NCBI GenBank assembly: GCA_964016885.1
Contig: OZ024743.1
Coordinates: 237,894,001-237,958,000, forward strand
Length of the DNA: 64,000 nt
Direction of reading: 5' to 3'
Source of the DNA: Eledone cirrhosa
Lineage: Eukaryota
Shown: one piece after another, positions 51,200 to 64,000 of the stretch
Layout: each line of letters begins with the position of its first letter
Position numbering within the stretch: the stretch's first letter is position 1
Translations under genes and position numbers: made by a program
Notes under the pieces: model-generated
What the model was told of the DNA's origin: nothing
Seen by the model: the letters and a program-made list of their open reading frames with translations, nothing else
Databases searched by the model: none

Positions 51200-54100
51200 C
51201 CACCATCATCATCATCATCATCATCATCTTCGTTTAAACGTCCATCTTCCACGCTAGGATGGGTTAGACGGGAGTTGTCCTACTTCAGGCAAGGTTCGTC
51301 GTGTGACCATGTCTCGCTCATATAGGACTATCTGGCAGGTTTTCTATGGCTGGATGCCCTTCCTAACACCAACCACATTTATAGTGTGGAACTGGGAACT
51401 TTTTACCGTGTTACCTACACGGCCACATTACAGCGTGGACTGTGTGTTTTTTTGTCGTGACACCTACACGATCTCGATCTCATTATCTCATTTATTTGGA
51501 CTGGATGTTGTGGTACCAACTTGACAGAGAGAGGGTGGTGTTGGTGGGAGTGGGAGGATAGGGTAGGGTAGTGGATCGGGTGTATATTTGGTTAAGAGGT
51601 GCCTACTGACTGTCGGTTTCGCTTTGTACATAGGCAAGGCGGGTCTTCTGTATTACTGCATAGCGCCAGAGATCTCGGTCCAGTGACATTGTCTTAGAGA
51701 GGTGCAAGTGTGTAAGGTCGGAATTTATCAGATCGTCCCAGGTTTTTCTGGGTCTACCTACTCCGTAACTACCATCAATTTTGATCGCCCTGCCCTTTTT
51801 TATACAGCTGTCGTCTTTCATGCGCATCACGTGGCCATACCAACGTAGTCTTCTTTCAAGTAAACAGCATCCGATCCCTCTTATTCCTAATTTCTCACTT
51901 AGTTCATTTATGCTTTGCCGTTCACGTATATTACTATTACGCATCCAACGGAGCATGCATGCTTCGTTTCTTTCCAGTCTGCGCAGGTTCTCTGCACGTA
52001 ATACCCATGTCTCACTGCCATGTAGCATTGCTATTCGTATACAGTCATCATACAATCTGCCTTTCATTTTTAGAGAGAAACCTTTTGTGGCCAACAGCGG
52101 TATAAGCTCTCTGAACTTTTTCCATCCCGTTCTGACTCTGGCTACTGTACTTTCAGAACACCCTCCACCACTGCTGATTTCGTCACCCAGGTAACGGAAA
52201 GTGTCTACTATTTCTATAGGACCATCTGGGCAATAGAAGGAGCTAGTATCCTGTGGACACTTGCTACCTATTGCACCTGAGCATCGGCCACATATGTTCT
52301 TAGATAGTTTACCTGTGATCCCACTACATCTTTTATGTACCCATAGTTTGCATTTGGGACATAAAATGGAATTTCTGCCTACTCCTTTCCTTCACACTGG
52401 GCATGGCATTTCCGTGAGGTCACCTGTGCCTTATTTTCCTTTCTACAAACTAGAACTTTAGTCTTAGACAAGTTAACTTTAAGGCCTTTTGATTCTAGGC
52501 CATGCTTCCATGTTTGGAATTTCTTCTCTAGTTAAGCCATTGATTCAGCTATGAGCGTTAGATCATCTGCGTATAGCAGTTCCCATGGCCAACCAGTCTT
52601 GAACTCCTCTGCCTGAAGAGCAATAATAAATAGGAGGGGGCTAAGGACAGAGCCTTGATGAACACCAACTTTTACACTAAATTCTTCACAATATTCATTG
52701 TTAATTCTAACCTTACTGACTGTTTCTTTATACATAGCTTGTATAGCTCTCACAAGCCATTCATCAACACCTAGTTTTCTAAGAGCCCACCAGATAATGG
52801 AGCGAGGGACTCTGTCAAAGGCTTTGTCCAGGTCTACAAAAGCTAAATAGAGGGGTTTACTTTTAGCTCGGTACTTCTCCTGTAATTGTCGTACAAGGAA
52901 AAGAGCGTCTGTGGTACTTTTACCTGACACAAACCCAAACTGCATTTCATCTAGACCAATTGGCTCTCTGATTAGTTGCGCTATAACTCTTTCTGTGACC
53001 TTCATGACCTGATCAACTAACTTAATGCCTCTATAGTTTCCCCTATCTAGAGCATCCCCTTTACTCTTATAGCAGTTAATGATGATGCTGCTACGCCAGT
53101 CTTTTGGTATGACCCCATTCTGTATTACTTGATTAACTATACGGGTGACCATAGTGTGTCCCACCATTCCAGATGCCTTCAATATCACAGGAACTATCTC
53201 GAAAGGCCCAGCTGCCTTGCATGTCTTCATATCTTTGATTGCCTTACTTATTATACTACCTTTAACTTACACCGCTGGTCCTTCTATTGGAACGATTTGG
53301 GGCAGAGTATCTTTTTCCCATTTATTCTCCTCATTTAGTAGTCTCTCATAGTGACACTTCCAGGCTATCTTCTTATCAGCGTGAGTGAGGGCAAGTACAC
53401 CGTTATCAGTACGGACACACGGCTCCCCGACAATATCACGGTTTTCCTTGACACATTGTCTAGCAATTCTGAACACCTCACGTTTTTGGTCCTCACGTTG
53501 TAGAACATGCTTGAACTTTCTATCCTCTGCTTCCCTTTTTGCAAGGTACACTTGTCTCCTACCTTCTCTCCTAGCCACTTGATAGTGCTCTCTACTTCCC
53601 CCATCCTGTCATACTTTCCAAGCCTGCTTTTTGGCTCTGATTGTCTCCTCCACCCTACTGTTCCACCATCAAGTTACTCTCCTCCTGCCAATAGGTCTGC
53701 TCCAGCCACAGATTTCATCTGTTGCTTTCAGCAGGTTCACTTTCACGAATTGCCACTGTTCCTCTATATCGCACGTCTCTAATTGCTCTTCCTTATTGTC
53801 AAAGGCATCAAGTAATAAGCTTTTAAATTTATCACTGGCTGTGGGGTCCTTCAACTTCCATATTCTTCTCCTCAAGGTAGGCCTCCTCTGTCGTCGAGTA
53901 CGTCTATTCCTGACTATGAGGTCACTAACTACTAGGCTATGTTGGGAGGTGCATTCTTCACGGGGGAGGGATTTAGTGTTTACAACAGACACTTTGTCCC
54001 GTCTTCTAGTAAGGATATAATCTATCTGGCTGGTGTGTTCCCCTGATCTATAGGTGATCAAGTGGTTTTCACGTTTTTTGAAGTTTGTGTTACAGATAGT

Positions 54101-54850
54101 TAGGTTATTAGCGTCACAGAATTCCAGGATTCTGAAGCCCTCCTCATTTCTATTTCCAACCACATAGTCTCCATGGATTCCATCATAGCCATCACTATGT
54201 TGTCCAACGTGACCGTTTAGATCGCCAGCAATAATTAAGTAGTCGCTGTCGGTTATTTGGGAGGTAGTGTACATTAGCATCTCATAGAACCTGTCCTTTA
54301 TAACGTCAGGTAGACCAAATTGGGGTGCTTAAGCGGATATTATTGTCACAGTAGTTCTATTTAGAACTAGTTTTATTTTAATTATTCTATCATTCACTCT
54401 ATTTACGTCAATTACTTTATCTACCCATTTTTCAGCTAACATTATTCCTACACCACCCAGTCCGTTGTCATTTCCCACCCAGAAAAGTTTATAGCATCGT
54501 TTTTTACTCACGATGAATCTGGCAGATCCCCCTCTCCACCTAGTCTCTTGAATACAACAAACATCAACTTCTTTACATTCAAGCATCTCTACAACCTCAT
54601 TTGAGTGACCTTTCAATGTGCCTACGTTCATGGTACCAACTCTGAAGTTGGGAGGGTGGGATGGATGGATTGAAGGGGAAGGGAGGGGTGTGGGAGACGG
54701 AATTATGTTGGTCATCTGTGTCTGAAATAAAGAGGGGTCCTTGTATTCTTGTCCTGCAGCGGGAGGTGAATTTATCTTTATCTGTGACATTGTCATTGAG
54801 TGCTTAGACTTTCCAAATTCCGCAATCAACCCATCAAACAGGTCTAAACT
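51200..54850 (-). mobile_element. Near full-length decayed RTE LINE (APE + RT) with tail
   Basis: VGTMNVGTL, CIQETRW, AGDLNGHVG, QIDYIL, SQH, AFVDLDKAFDRVPR, QGSVLSPLLF, LYADD, RRLRWYGHV, GRPRKTW. Frameshifted. Confidence 0.92.
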
Positions 54851-55164
54851 TAAGGAGTAGTAACTGAGGTGGTAGCTTTGCTATACTGATTTGTTAGAGA
54901 ACATACTATAAGCCGCTGAGTTATGATTGGACCAAATAGCAATGGTGGTGTGTGGGAGTGAGACGGCGGGAAATGGGTAACTTTAGGAGAAGATTAGTTT
55001 TTAGGAAGGGTCCAACAGAATGAGACATATTATTAAAAACATGTAAAATATTAATTGAAAATCCGAGAGAAAAACGGAGAATTTGAATTCTAGACTGGCA
55101 TAAATAGAAGTTTAAAACACTGCTTATTGAGTCGACTACAGGAAAAGGAAAAACAAGTATTTTG

Positions 55165-55720
55165 CTTACCACCATATTTCTTAAAAAAGACAATACCTGT
55201 ATTATTATCCCCTTTATTACCATATTTCTAATAAAACACACTGTCTATGTCATTAACCCTTTCATTGCCATATTTCTAATGGAAATTGCTGCCTGTGTCA
55301 TTAACCCTTTCATTACCATGTTACTAATGATAGACACTGCTTATGTGAAACCCTTCCATTGTCATATTTCTTATGAAAGACCCTGCCTATCAAATCCTTC
55401 CCTTCTATATTTCTAATGAATGACAGCCTACATATTTAACCCTTTCATTACTATATTTCTAATAAAAGACACTGCCTATATCATTAACTCTTTCATTACC
55501 ATATCTCTAATGAAAGACATTTCTTATGTCATTAACTCTTTCATTACCATATCTCTAATGAAAGACACTGCCTATGTCATTAACCCTTTTGTTACCATAT
55601 CTCTAATGAAAGACACTGCCTATGTCATTAACTCTTTCATTACCATATCTCTAATGAAAGACACTGCCTATGTCATTAACCCTTTTGTTACCATATTTCT
55701 AATAAACGCCACTGCCTGTT
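55165..55720. repeat. 48-bp minisatellite derived from a MITE terminus
   Basis: Unit aaagacactgcctatgtcattaac(c/t)ctttcattaccatatctctaatg. Single-copy version on the minus strand at ~44056-44098. Confidence 0.85.
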
Positions 55721-56365
55721 ATTTTCAAAAGATTTTGAAAATAATCAAGAATTTGGAGAGATTTAGTAATATAATTAACTTTCTCATTATTATTATTGGA
55801 ACATAACTTATAAGAGCTCCTTACACAAATTTACAATGGAAGGGTTTTAGATAAATATAAACATTATAAAATAAACAGTTTTGACTTGTTATCAAAATGG
55901 ACAAGTTCACTAAAACATAACTTCTATAAAATTAACTTCTATGATATTAATATATTAATATTGTGAGTGGAATTGAGATGATGGAACTGTCAGAATCACC
56001 AAATGGGATGGAGCCCAGTCAGTTTCAACGATGAGTATGTCAGATTTTCTATTACAAGATTAACGTGTAAGTGGCTGAACATTCCACAGGCGCATGTATT
56101 TTCAATAAAGTTCTTATGGAGATTCATCATGTCAGTATATGCATCAAGGATAGATTTTTGAATTACATGTACAATCCGTCTGATGGGCATCCTAACAGTT
56201 TCTATCCACCCAATGACACTCACAAGACATAGGTCAACCCAAGATGCCATACTGTGAAAATAAACTTGGGACCTAATGAACATAAAGCAAACTTTTTAAT
56301 CATTACAATCTTCTTCCATGACTGCTAATATGTTGATGCTAAACCATATAATTTTTGTTTTTCAG

Positions 56366-56570
56366 ATCCAACGGACTAGGAATAAGTTCCATGTTTGCCC
56401 GCTTTGGTAGTGTTTGCGCCCCTTTTATACTTCAACTCTCATTCTATGTCACATGGCTTTCTCTAAGCATCTATGGTCTTTTCTCTGTGATATCTCGTTT
56501 ATTGTTGTTATTACTACCAGACACGAAAGATAAAGATTTACCTCAAACATTTGAAGATATGAAGAACTAG
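56366..56570 (+). CDS. SLC22-like terminal exon (TM11-12 and C-terminus), probably of a partial or pseudogenic copy
   Basis: ttcag|(R)SNGLGISSMFARFGSVCAPFI...LLLPDTKDKDLPQTFEDMKN*. Phase fits exon 49351-49459. Confidence 0.85.
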
Positions 56571-56605
56571 GAAAAATGAATGAGTGGTGTGTATTGATCT
56601 GAGAG

Positions 56606-56609
<4 letters not shown>

Positions 56610-56680
<71 letters not shown>

Positions 56681-56683
56681 GAT
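56610..56683. repeat. (GATA)n microsatellite
   Basis: Seen directly. Confidence 0.95.
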
Positions 56684-58489
56684 GGGTTGTGTGGTGGACT
56701 TGCTTAAAAAGGTTGAGGACTGGCACTTTTTTTTTTTACAAAGCCCTGATTAACTTATTTAAGTTTCACTTGAAGATGAAAATTAGGTTGTGCTACCTTC
56801 CAACCAGTTTATTGAAAGGTAGATGAAAGTGGCGAGTATGGGCCAAGTGACCAGGCCTGCATATACACCTGTAGCTGGAGGGGGACAGGGTAACCACAGC
56901 TTTGGGGGAAATTTTATTCTTTGAATATTATTATCTTACTTTGTTTGTTTTCATTGTTTACACATAAAACCCACACATGCACACACAGAGACACCCATTC
57001 ACGGACACACACACACTGACACACCGACACACACACACTGACACACCCACACACCGACACACACACACTGACACATCAACACACACACACTCTGACACAC
57101 TGATGTGCACGCACCAACACACCTACACATGCACACACAAACGCACACATGCATGCACACAAACGCACGCGTGTGCGCACACATACACACTTAATGTCTT
57201 CTTCATGGGAACTCTTTGTGGTTAGTAAAGAAGTTATTATTATTTAATCTCGCTGAGGTTAACTTTGCCTTTCATCCTTACGGGATTGATAAAATAAAGT
57301 ACCAGTAACGAACTGGGGTCGATTTAATCGACATTCCTCTCCCCCAAAATTCTTGGCCTTGAGCCTAGGAAGGCTATTTAATGACTTTTCAGCAATCCTT
57401 ATGTGAACGTTGAAAATAGATTTAATATGACCCTGGGTTGTACTTGTTTAGCCATATGTCGAAACTAAAGCAATTATTTCTTTTGTTAAATGTGATAGAA
57501 TAACAGTCTAAGGGAAGTAAATCTTTCAGTATAATCCAAGTGTCATAATCTTTGTAAAATATACAAAGAAAATAACAGCGTCATGCAAATATTTCATGAT
57601 CGAAGCAAACAAAATTGTGAATGCATTATCCTAGTGGATGGTGAATTATTTGTCTTCGATGGTTAAATTAATCTGATTTAACATGGCTGTTTTTGTTTTT
57701 GCTGTAACATCAAGTCTTTATTTAACGAATGAGGTAGAAGCGAAGTTTTATTAAGAGACAAGAGTTATTTCCCTTCAGTCATTGGTAAATATGTTAAGCA
57801 GTTCAAAGTAGAACATGAATTCGCATTGTGTTTGATTGTTTTATATCACTAATGACATACAAAAAAAAAAAAAAAAAAAAAGAACAAATACACAGGATTA
57901 CTCGAATGAGCCATTTAACCCCGTTGTTACTAAACTGCCTGAAACCGCCTCTCATTCTGTGCTACAATACTGTTTGCCTTAAAATGGAGTAATGTGAAAT
58001 AAAGTGTCTTACTGAAACACAAATTATTTCAATTAATTAATGAAGAATTTTAAAGTACTTAACACAATTATTAATTATTTCATTACTAAGTTAGTAACTT
58101 AACAAATGGTTCTTATATTAAATTATGTTTGAAGGTTTTAATTTAAATAGAAACCTTTTAAAATGGAGGGTTATGTTTCAATTAATTTATGAGGGATTTA
58201 GTAAATTTATTTATTATTTCATTAATAAGTTAGTAACTTAACATAAGGTTCTTGTTGGAAGATTTTAATTTAAATATGAACTTTTTTAAAATGGGTTATT
58301 TTGTTTTATAGAACCAGAGGAGATTTTGGCAAAGTTAGGTCAAAAGCAGCAGCAGCTTCAATAAAATAACAACACAAAAAACAGCAACAACGAAACAACA
58401 TCAACAGCAACAACATCAACAAATTCCGACATGTCAAAGGTGATGGAAACAATCATATCCAACCCCACTCTTTAATTAATTTTTCTCCA

Positions 58490-59358
58490 ATTCTTATTCA
58501 GCACAGCATCTCTCCACTTGTCACGGTCCTTCGTCATCTCCACCGTGAGCTTCAGCGATCTGAGGTCTGTTCTCACCACCTCCGCCCATGTTTTTCGTGG
58601 TCTACCTCTACCACGTCTCCCTTCAACAAGCATTTCCTGGCACTTCTTCATCCATCGGTCATCCTCCATACGCATCACATGTCCATACCACCTCAGTCTC
58701 CTCTCTCGCACACTACATTCTATCCCTCTCAGACACAGTTTCTCTCTCAACACATTCATGCTGCGTCGTTCACGCACATTGACATTGCACATCCAATGGA
58801 GCATGCTTGCCTCTTTTCTCTCCAGCCGTCACATATCCTCTGCAGTTGCTGCCCATGTCTCACTACCATGCAGCATCGCGCTCCTCACACAGGCATCATA
58901 TAACCGGCCGTTCGTACGCAGGGAGAAACCCTTCTTCGTCAGCAGAGGAAGCAGCTCCCTAAACTTCTTCCAACCCGTCCTTATTATAGATACTATGGCC
59001 TCGGAACTCCCCCCCCCCTCCCATGCTAATCTGATCTCCTAGATACCGGAAGCTATCCTCCACTTCTATAGCACCCGCCTGCATTTGAAAAATGTGTCTA
59101 ATTTCCCTGTACATCTACTGCATACGTATTTCTCCCTACCTGTTAGTTTGCCTGCTATCCCGCTACATCTCTTGTGTACCCAGGATCTGCATTGTGTGCA
59201 TTTTATAGAATTTATGGCAGTTCCTTTTCTGCATATCGAACATAGCCATTTCCCTGACAGAATCAGTTTTGTCCTCTTTTCTGCTCATCAACACTTTTGT
59301 CTTAGCTAGGTTCACTCTAAGTCCTCTTGCTTCCAACTGCTGTTTCCATAGCCAGAAT
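58490..59358 (-). mobile_element. RTE LINE fragment (subfamily B)
   Basis: Highly similar to 28450-29310 (ERRLRWYGHVMRMEDDRW, GRGRPRKTW). Confidence 0.88.
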
Positions 59359-59457
59359 TTATATATAAATAAATATTATTATATATAAACAAAATTTATT
59401 ATATATAAATAAAATTATTATATATAAATAAAAATCATTATATATAAATAAAAATTA

Positions 59458-59645
59458 GGCGGTGGATTGGCAGTATCGGTAGAGGGTCGGACGCCATGCT
59501 TTCCAGCATAGTTACGTCCCTTTACGATCTGAGTTCAAATCCCGCCGAGGTTGACTTTGCCTTTCATCCTTACGGGGTCGATAAAATAAAGTACCAGTAA
59601 TGCACTGGGTAATTGCTGGCCTTGTGCCTAAAGTAGAAACAATTA
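59458..59645 (+). mobile_element. Full-length tRNA-derived SINE family 2
   Basis: A-box tggcagtatcgg, B-box gagttcaaatcc, central gcctttcatccttacggggtcgataaaataaagtaccag. More than 8 copies in the window. Confidence 0.85.
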
Positions 59646-59847
59646 TATATAAATAAAAATTATTATATATAAATAAAAATTATTATATATAAACAAAATT
59701 TATTATATATAAATAAAATTATTATATATAAATAAAAATCGTTATATATAAATAAAATTTATGATATATAAATAAAAATTATTATATATAAATAAAAATT
59801 ATCATATGTAAATAAAAATTATTATATATAAATAAAATTTATTATAT

Positions 59848-60186
59848 GGAGGCACATGGCTTAGTGGTTACAGCATTGGCCTTGCAATTGAAAGGTTGTG
59901 AGTTCAATTCTCAGACCGGGTGATGTGTTGTTTCCTTGAGCAAGACACTTTATTTCACATTGCTCCAGTTTACTCAGCTGTAGAAATGAGATGATAGCGA
60001 CTGGGGTCCATATCATTCCACTGCAAAGTGGTCGTGGAGGTGCCACGGCAAAAAAGCACTCAGCACTCACTGTAAATGAGGTTGGTGTTAGGAAGGGCAT
60101 CGAGCTGTAGAAATCGAGCCAGAATCAGTTCCCGTCCAACCCTTGCAAGCAGGGAAAAGCGGACGTAAAATGATGATGATGATGAT
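59848..60186 (+). mobile_element. tRNA/CORE-type SINE family 1 with RTE subfamily-B tail
   Basis: tggcttagtgg A-box, gagttcaattc B-box, ccttgagcaagacacttta CORE-like block. Tail matches 29320-29362. Confidence 0.85.
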
Positions 60187-61102
60187 ATATAAACAAAATT
60201 TATTATATATAAATAAAATTATTATATATAAATAAAAATCCTTATATATAAATAGAAATTATCATATTTAAATAAAAATTTTGTACTGATCTTTGTGTTT
60301 CCTAGTTTGAGAAATTTCACGTTAAATGTAGACACTCATTGCTATTTTATTTTTAATTCTCCATTTCAGATTTTTTGCAATTTCAGATTTGATGAAGATA
60401 TTGTATTACTAGAACCATCACTGACAATCGAGTGTGACGTGGTAGTATGTACCATGGTTTTGCTAAGGGTGTTAGGTTTCCATGTAGTTGTGAGCTAACA
60501 GACATCCTCCTGACCATCCCTCTGTTGATATAGTAGAACATCCAAGATGTGACAGCTAGAAGGAGGGTGGGCTGCACCTGCATTGGGCTGCTACTTTCTT
60601 TATTGACCTTGAGAGAATGAAAGACAAAGTGGAACCCAGCAGATGCAGACAACCTCTCAACTTTCCCTCCTTTGATCCATTGGAACATCCAGAATGTGAT
60701 AACTGGAGAGAGAGAGAGAGATGATTGCATTACCACAGGGTTGGCACTTTCTTTATCAGCTCTGAAAGGATGAAAGCCAAAGTGAACCTTGGTGGGATTT
60801 GAACTCAGAATATAGACCTGGAACAATTATCCAATGCTCTAACGACTTTGCCAAATTGACCACCTTAAAATACATTGTATATGTTTTCAAATACACCTCT
60901 ATTCTGAATCACTCTGTGTTAGTGCTACAGCTAAATAAAAATATTTATGTTAGAAATATTGAAATCCAAATACAGATTCTCTACAATGATAATAGTGTTA
61001 AATTATCAAGTAAAATACTCTTAGGGAGAGAAAATATGTGGACAGTGGCCTCTACTGAGAATATTTTTGTATTATAACATAGAGATGAGAATTCATCTTT
61101 AA

Positions 61103-61319
61103 CCCTTTAGCATTTAAAGCTGCCGCATCAAGCCAGAATTCTCTCACCTCTTTCTGTTCAAACCAGCTGTAACCAGCCACTCATACTGATGTTAAGGTAT
61201 GGTTCTCAAAATGAATAATATCAAAATCTTATAGATTTGATATTATATAGGATAATTATGTGTGGTAAAGCCTTTACCATGAAAATATAATAATATAGAG
61301 TAATGTAAATACTAAAGGG
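61103..61319. mobile_element. piggyBac-type MITE
   Basis: TTAA|ccctttagcattta...taaatactaaaggg|TTAA. Inverted homologue of 17661-17883. Confidence 0.8.
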
Positions 61320-61570
61320 TTAAATGATAAAGAAACCTTTCAAAGCAATTCCTCTCTTCACTGATACCTCATATATCAGGAAATAAGATCACTCTATGTG
61401 GTCATCCCAACCATTAGATATAGCAGCCAAATTTCTCTCAAATCACACCCTACCTTTAAAAAAAGGAAGAACACATTGGATGATGAAGCCATGTGTCTAA
61501 AACTAGATGGAATGGTCACAGATGGAATGTTTTTTAACAAAGGCCTACATGAATAAGTTTGATCTATAGC

Positions 61571-61619
<49 letters not shown>

Positions 61620-62492
61620 AGATTTATGTTAAATCTAATCTAACCTAAATATTATGTATTATAACACATAAACATACAAACATATAACTCCCACATAGAC
61701 ACACACATACATAGGATCTATTCACCATCTGGTCCCTTGAAAGGACCTAGAAATGTAGGAAAAGGTATACAAATGTATCACCTCCCCCACCATCTTCATC
61801 ATCAACAACACCAACAACATCAGCATCACTATCATCATCAATAACAACATCTACAACAACATCAACAGCACATCAACAACATCATCATCATCAACAACAG
61901 CAGCTACATCATGAACAACAAAGATATCAACAATAGCATCAATAACAACATCATCATCATGATCATCAACATAATCATCAGCAATATGATGAACAATAAC
62001 AACATCAGCATTTTTTTTTTTTAAATTAGGCACAAGGTTAGCAACCTTGGAAGGACAAGAGGTTTAAATGGACCCAAATATACCACTGGTACTATATTCT
62101 ATTGCCCTCTGTTTCAGAAGAATGAAAGGCAAGAATTAAACTTGGAATGTAAATTACCAGAACAAATACTGCTAAGCATTTGTTCGATGCTCTAAAGACT
62201 CTGAGCACAAGGCCAGCGATTTTATGGGAGAAGAAAGTCAATTAAATCGACCCCAGTACTTGACTGGTATTTTATTTTATTGAGCCTGGATGGATGAAAG
62301 GCAAAGTTGGCCTTGGTGGTTTCCCTTTCCCTTTCCTTTATATTATATTTGTTTGTATTTTCATTCTGTAAGCCTTGTATTACTATACTAGCTGAGGTAC
62401 CCGGCTTTGCCTGGGAGAATAGTTAAGAGAAGACGGATAAAAGAGAAAACGACTGTATTGGATGTGTTGTCTGGTATGAAGTGAAACCATAA

Positions 62493-62523
<31 letters not shown>

Positions 62524-63512
62524 CATAAAAAAGAGAAAGAGAGAGAGAGGTGGAGGGAATGGACTCTAGTACTAGACTGGTACTTTTGTTATCAATCTCA
62601 AAAGGATGAAAGGCAAAGTTGACCTAGGGAAGATTTGAACTCAGTGCATAGTGAGCTGGAACACATACTGCAAAACATTCTATCCAATGCTTTAATAACT
62701 CTACGAATTCACCAATAAGTAAGGTACATGCCTGTAGAATCAAGACAGCAGATTCAAGTAGTGTAATTATTTGAAAGTTTAATTAATTAGATTTATATTT
62801 TAAACTCTGGTAAAGTACAGCAAATTTCTTAGGTTAATATACCAACATTTGTAGAAGTAAATTATTATTACAATAATTAGTTTGTAAAATCTTAAGATAT
62901 GTTAATCAAATGACAGGTATAAACAGAAATTAAATTAATTACCTGTATTTGATTGATTCCCTGTGTTCCGTTGATATACTTCAATTTCAGTCATGTTTAA
63001 TACACAGTTTTTTGTTTTTTTTCACCTAGTAGAATACTTTAGAGAGAAAAAACAGCAATTAACTCTTGCTACTATATATTTTATGATATATTTATAAATA
63101 CAGAATATAATATTACATGATATACATAAAAGCTGTGGAATAGAGAATTTTATGTCCTTCGTATATATGTGTGTGTATGTATGTGTGTATTATAGACTGA
63201 CAAAACAGCGATTAAGTCTTTTGTTACCATATATTATATGATATATTTATAGATACAGAATATGATATCACATGACATGCATACAAGCTGTGGTAATAGA
63301 AAATTTCTGTCCTTAGTAAAAATGTCTATGAAACTTAAAGCATTTTTGAAAGTGTGTAACTATCATAGATTAAAACATATATTCTACGTTTACACATCAA
63401 GGCCTCATTCTTTCATAATATGAAATCAAACTTGGGTTACTATAATACACACATACATACACACACATATATATATATATACATTCATATATACATATAT
63501 ATATATATATAG

Positions 63513-63948
63513 TGAAGGTGCATGGCTTAGTAGTTAGAGCATTGGGCTTGCAATCGAAAGGTTGTGAGTTCAATTCTCGGACCGGGTGATGTGTTGTTTC
63601 CTTGAACAAGACACTTTATTTCGCCAGTTTACACAGCTGTAGAAATGAGATGATAGGACTGGGGTCCCTATCATTCCACTGCAAAGTGATCATGGAGGTG
63701 CCACGGCAAAAAAGCACCCAGCCCACACTGTAGAGTGGATGTGTAGGCGCCACGGTAAAAAAGCACCCAGCACTCACTGTAAATGAGGTTGGTGTTAGGA
63801 AGGGCATCCAGCTGTAGAAATCAAGCCAGAATCAGTTCCCGTATGAGCAAGACAAGGTCAGCTGACCGGACACTACCCACAACAAGACAACCTGTCTAAC
63901 CCATGCTAGCATGGAAGAACAGATGTAAAACGGTGAGGATGATGATGA
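63513..63948 (+). mobile_element. tRNA/CORE-type SINE family 1 with RTE subfamily-A tail
   Basis: Same head and body as 59848. Tail matches the RTE 3' UTR at 31290-31535. Confidence 0.85.
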
Positions 63949-64000
63949 TATCTATATATATCATTTCATCATCATTTCATTTTACGTCCGCTTTTCCCTG

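Larger units (their letters stand above)
59358..60282. repeat. ~20-bp AT-rich minisatellite interrupted by two SINEs
   Basis: Unit tatatataaataaaaattat. Confidence 0.85.

Noticed and set aside
60383-60440. Possible exon after ttcag (FDEDIVLLEPSLTIECDV)
   Set aside because: No recognisable homology and no convincing splice donor.

Overview
Repeat-dense, AT-rich eukaryotic (animal) DNA. The SINE/LINE families and the SLC22 exons suggest a mollusc, probably an octopus-type cephalopod; this is an inference. The only host-gene content is three minus-strand SLC22 (organic cation transporter-like) exons, one carrying an in-frame TAG, plus an inverted partial paralogue with two plus-strand exons, one with a broken splice acceptor. 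The rest is mobile DNA: Penelope-like elements (RT plus GIY-YIG), RTE-clade LINEs, three tandem L1/Tx1-type LINEs, R4- and CRE-like fragments, two tRNA-derived SINE families, hAT and piggyBac-type MITEs, non-autonomous Helitrons, a decayed hAT transposase, and mini- and microsatellites. The main discovery candidate is a 4.25-kb fold-back array of ~595-bp non-coding units (3904-8157). Seven units carry a complete type I hammerhead ribozyme with a U3-A8 core variant, and the inversion point falls at the ribozyme cleavage site. The same ribozyme variant occurs at the 3' end of the neighbouring Penelope element and in an inverted terminal-repeat pair at 48.8-49.1 kb. Together these suggest a retrozyme-like circular-RNA system mobilised by Penelope and inserting into (TA)n tracts. 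All coordinates were read by eye, and repeat boundaries are approximate.
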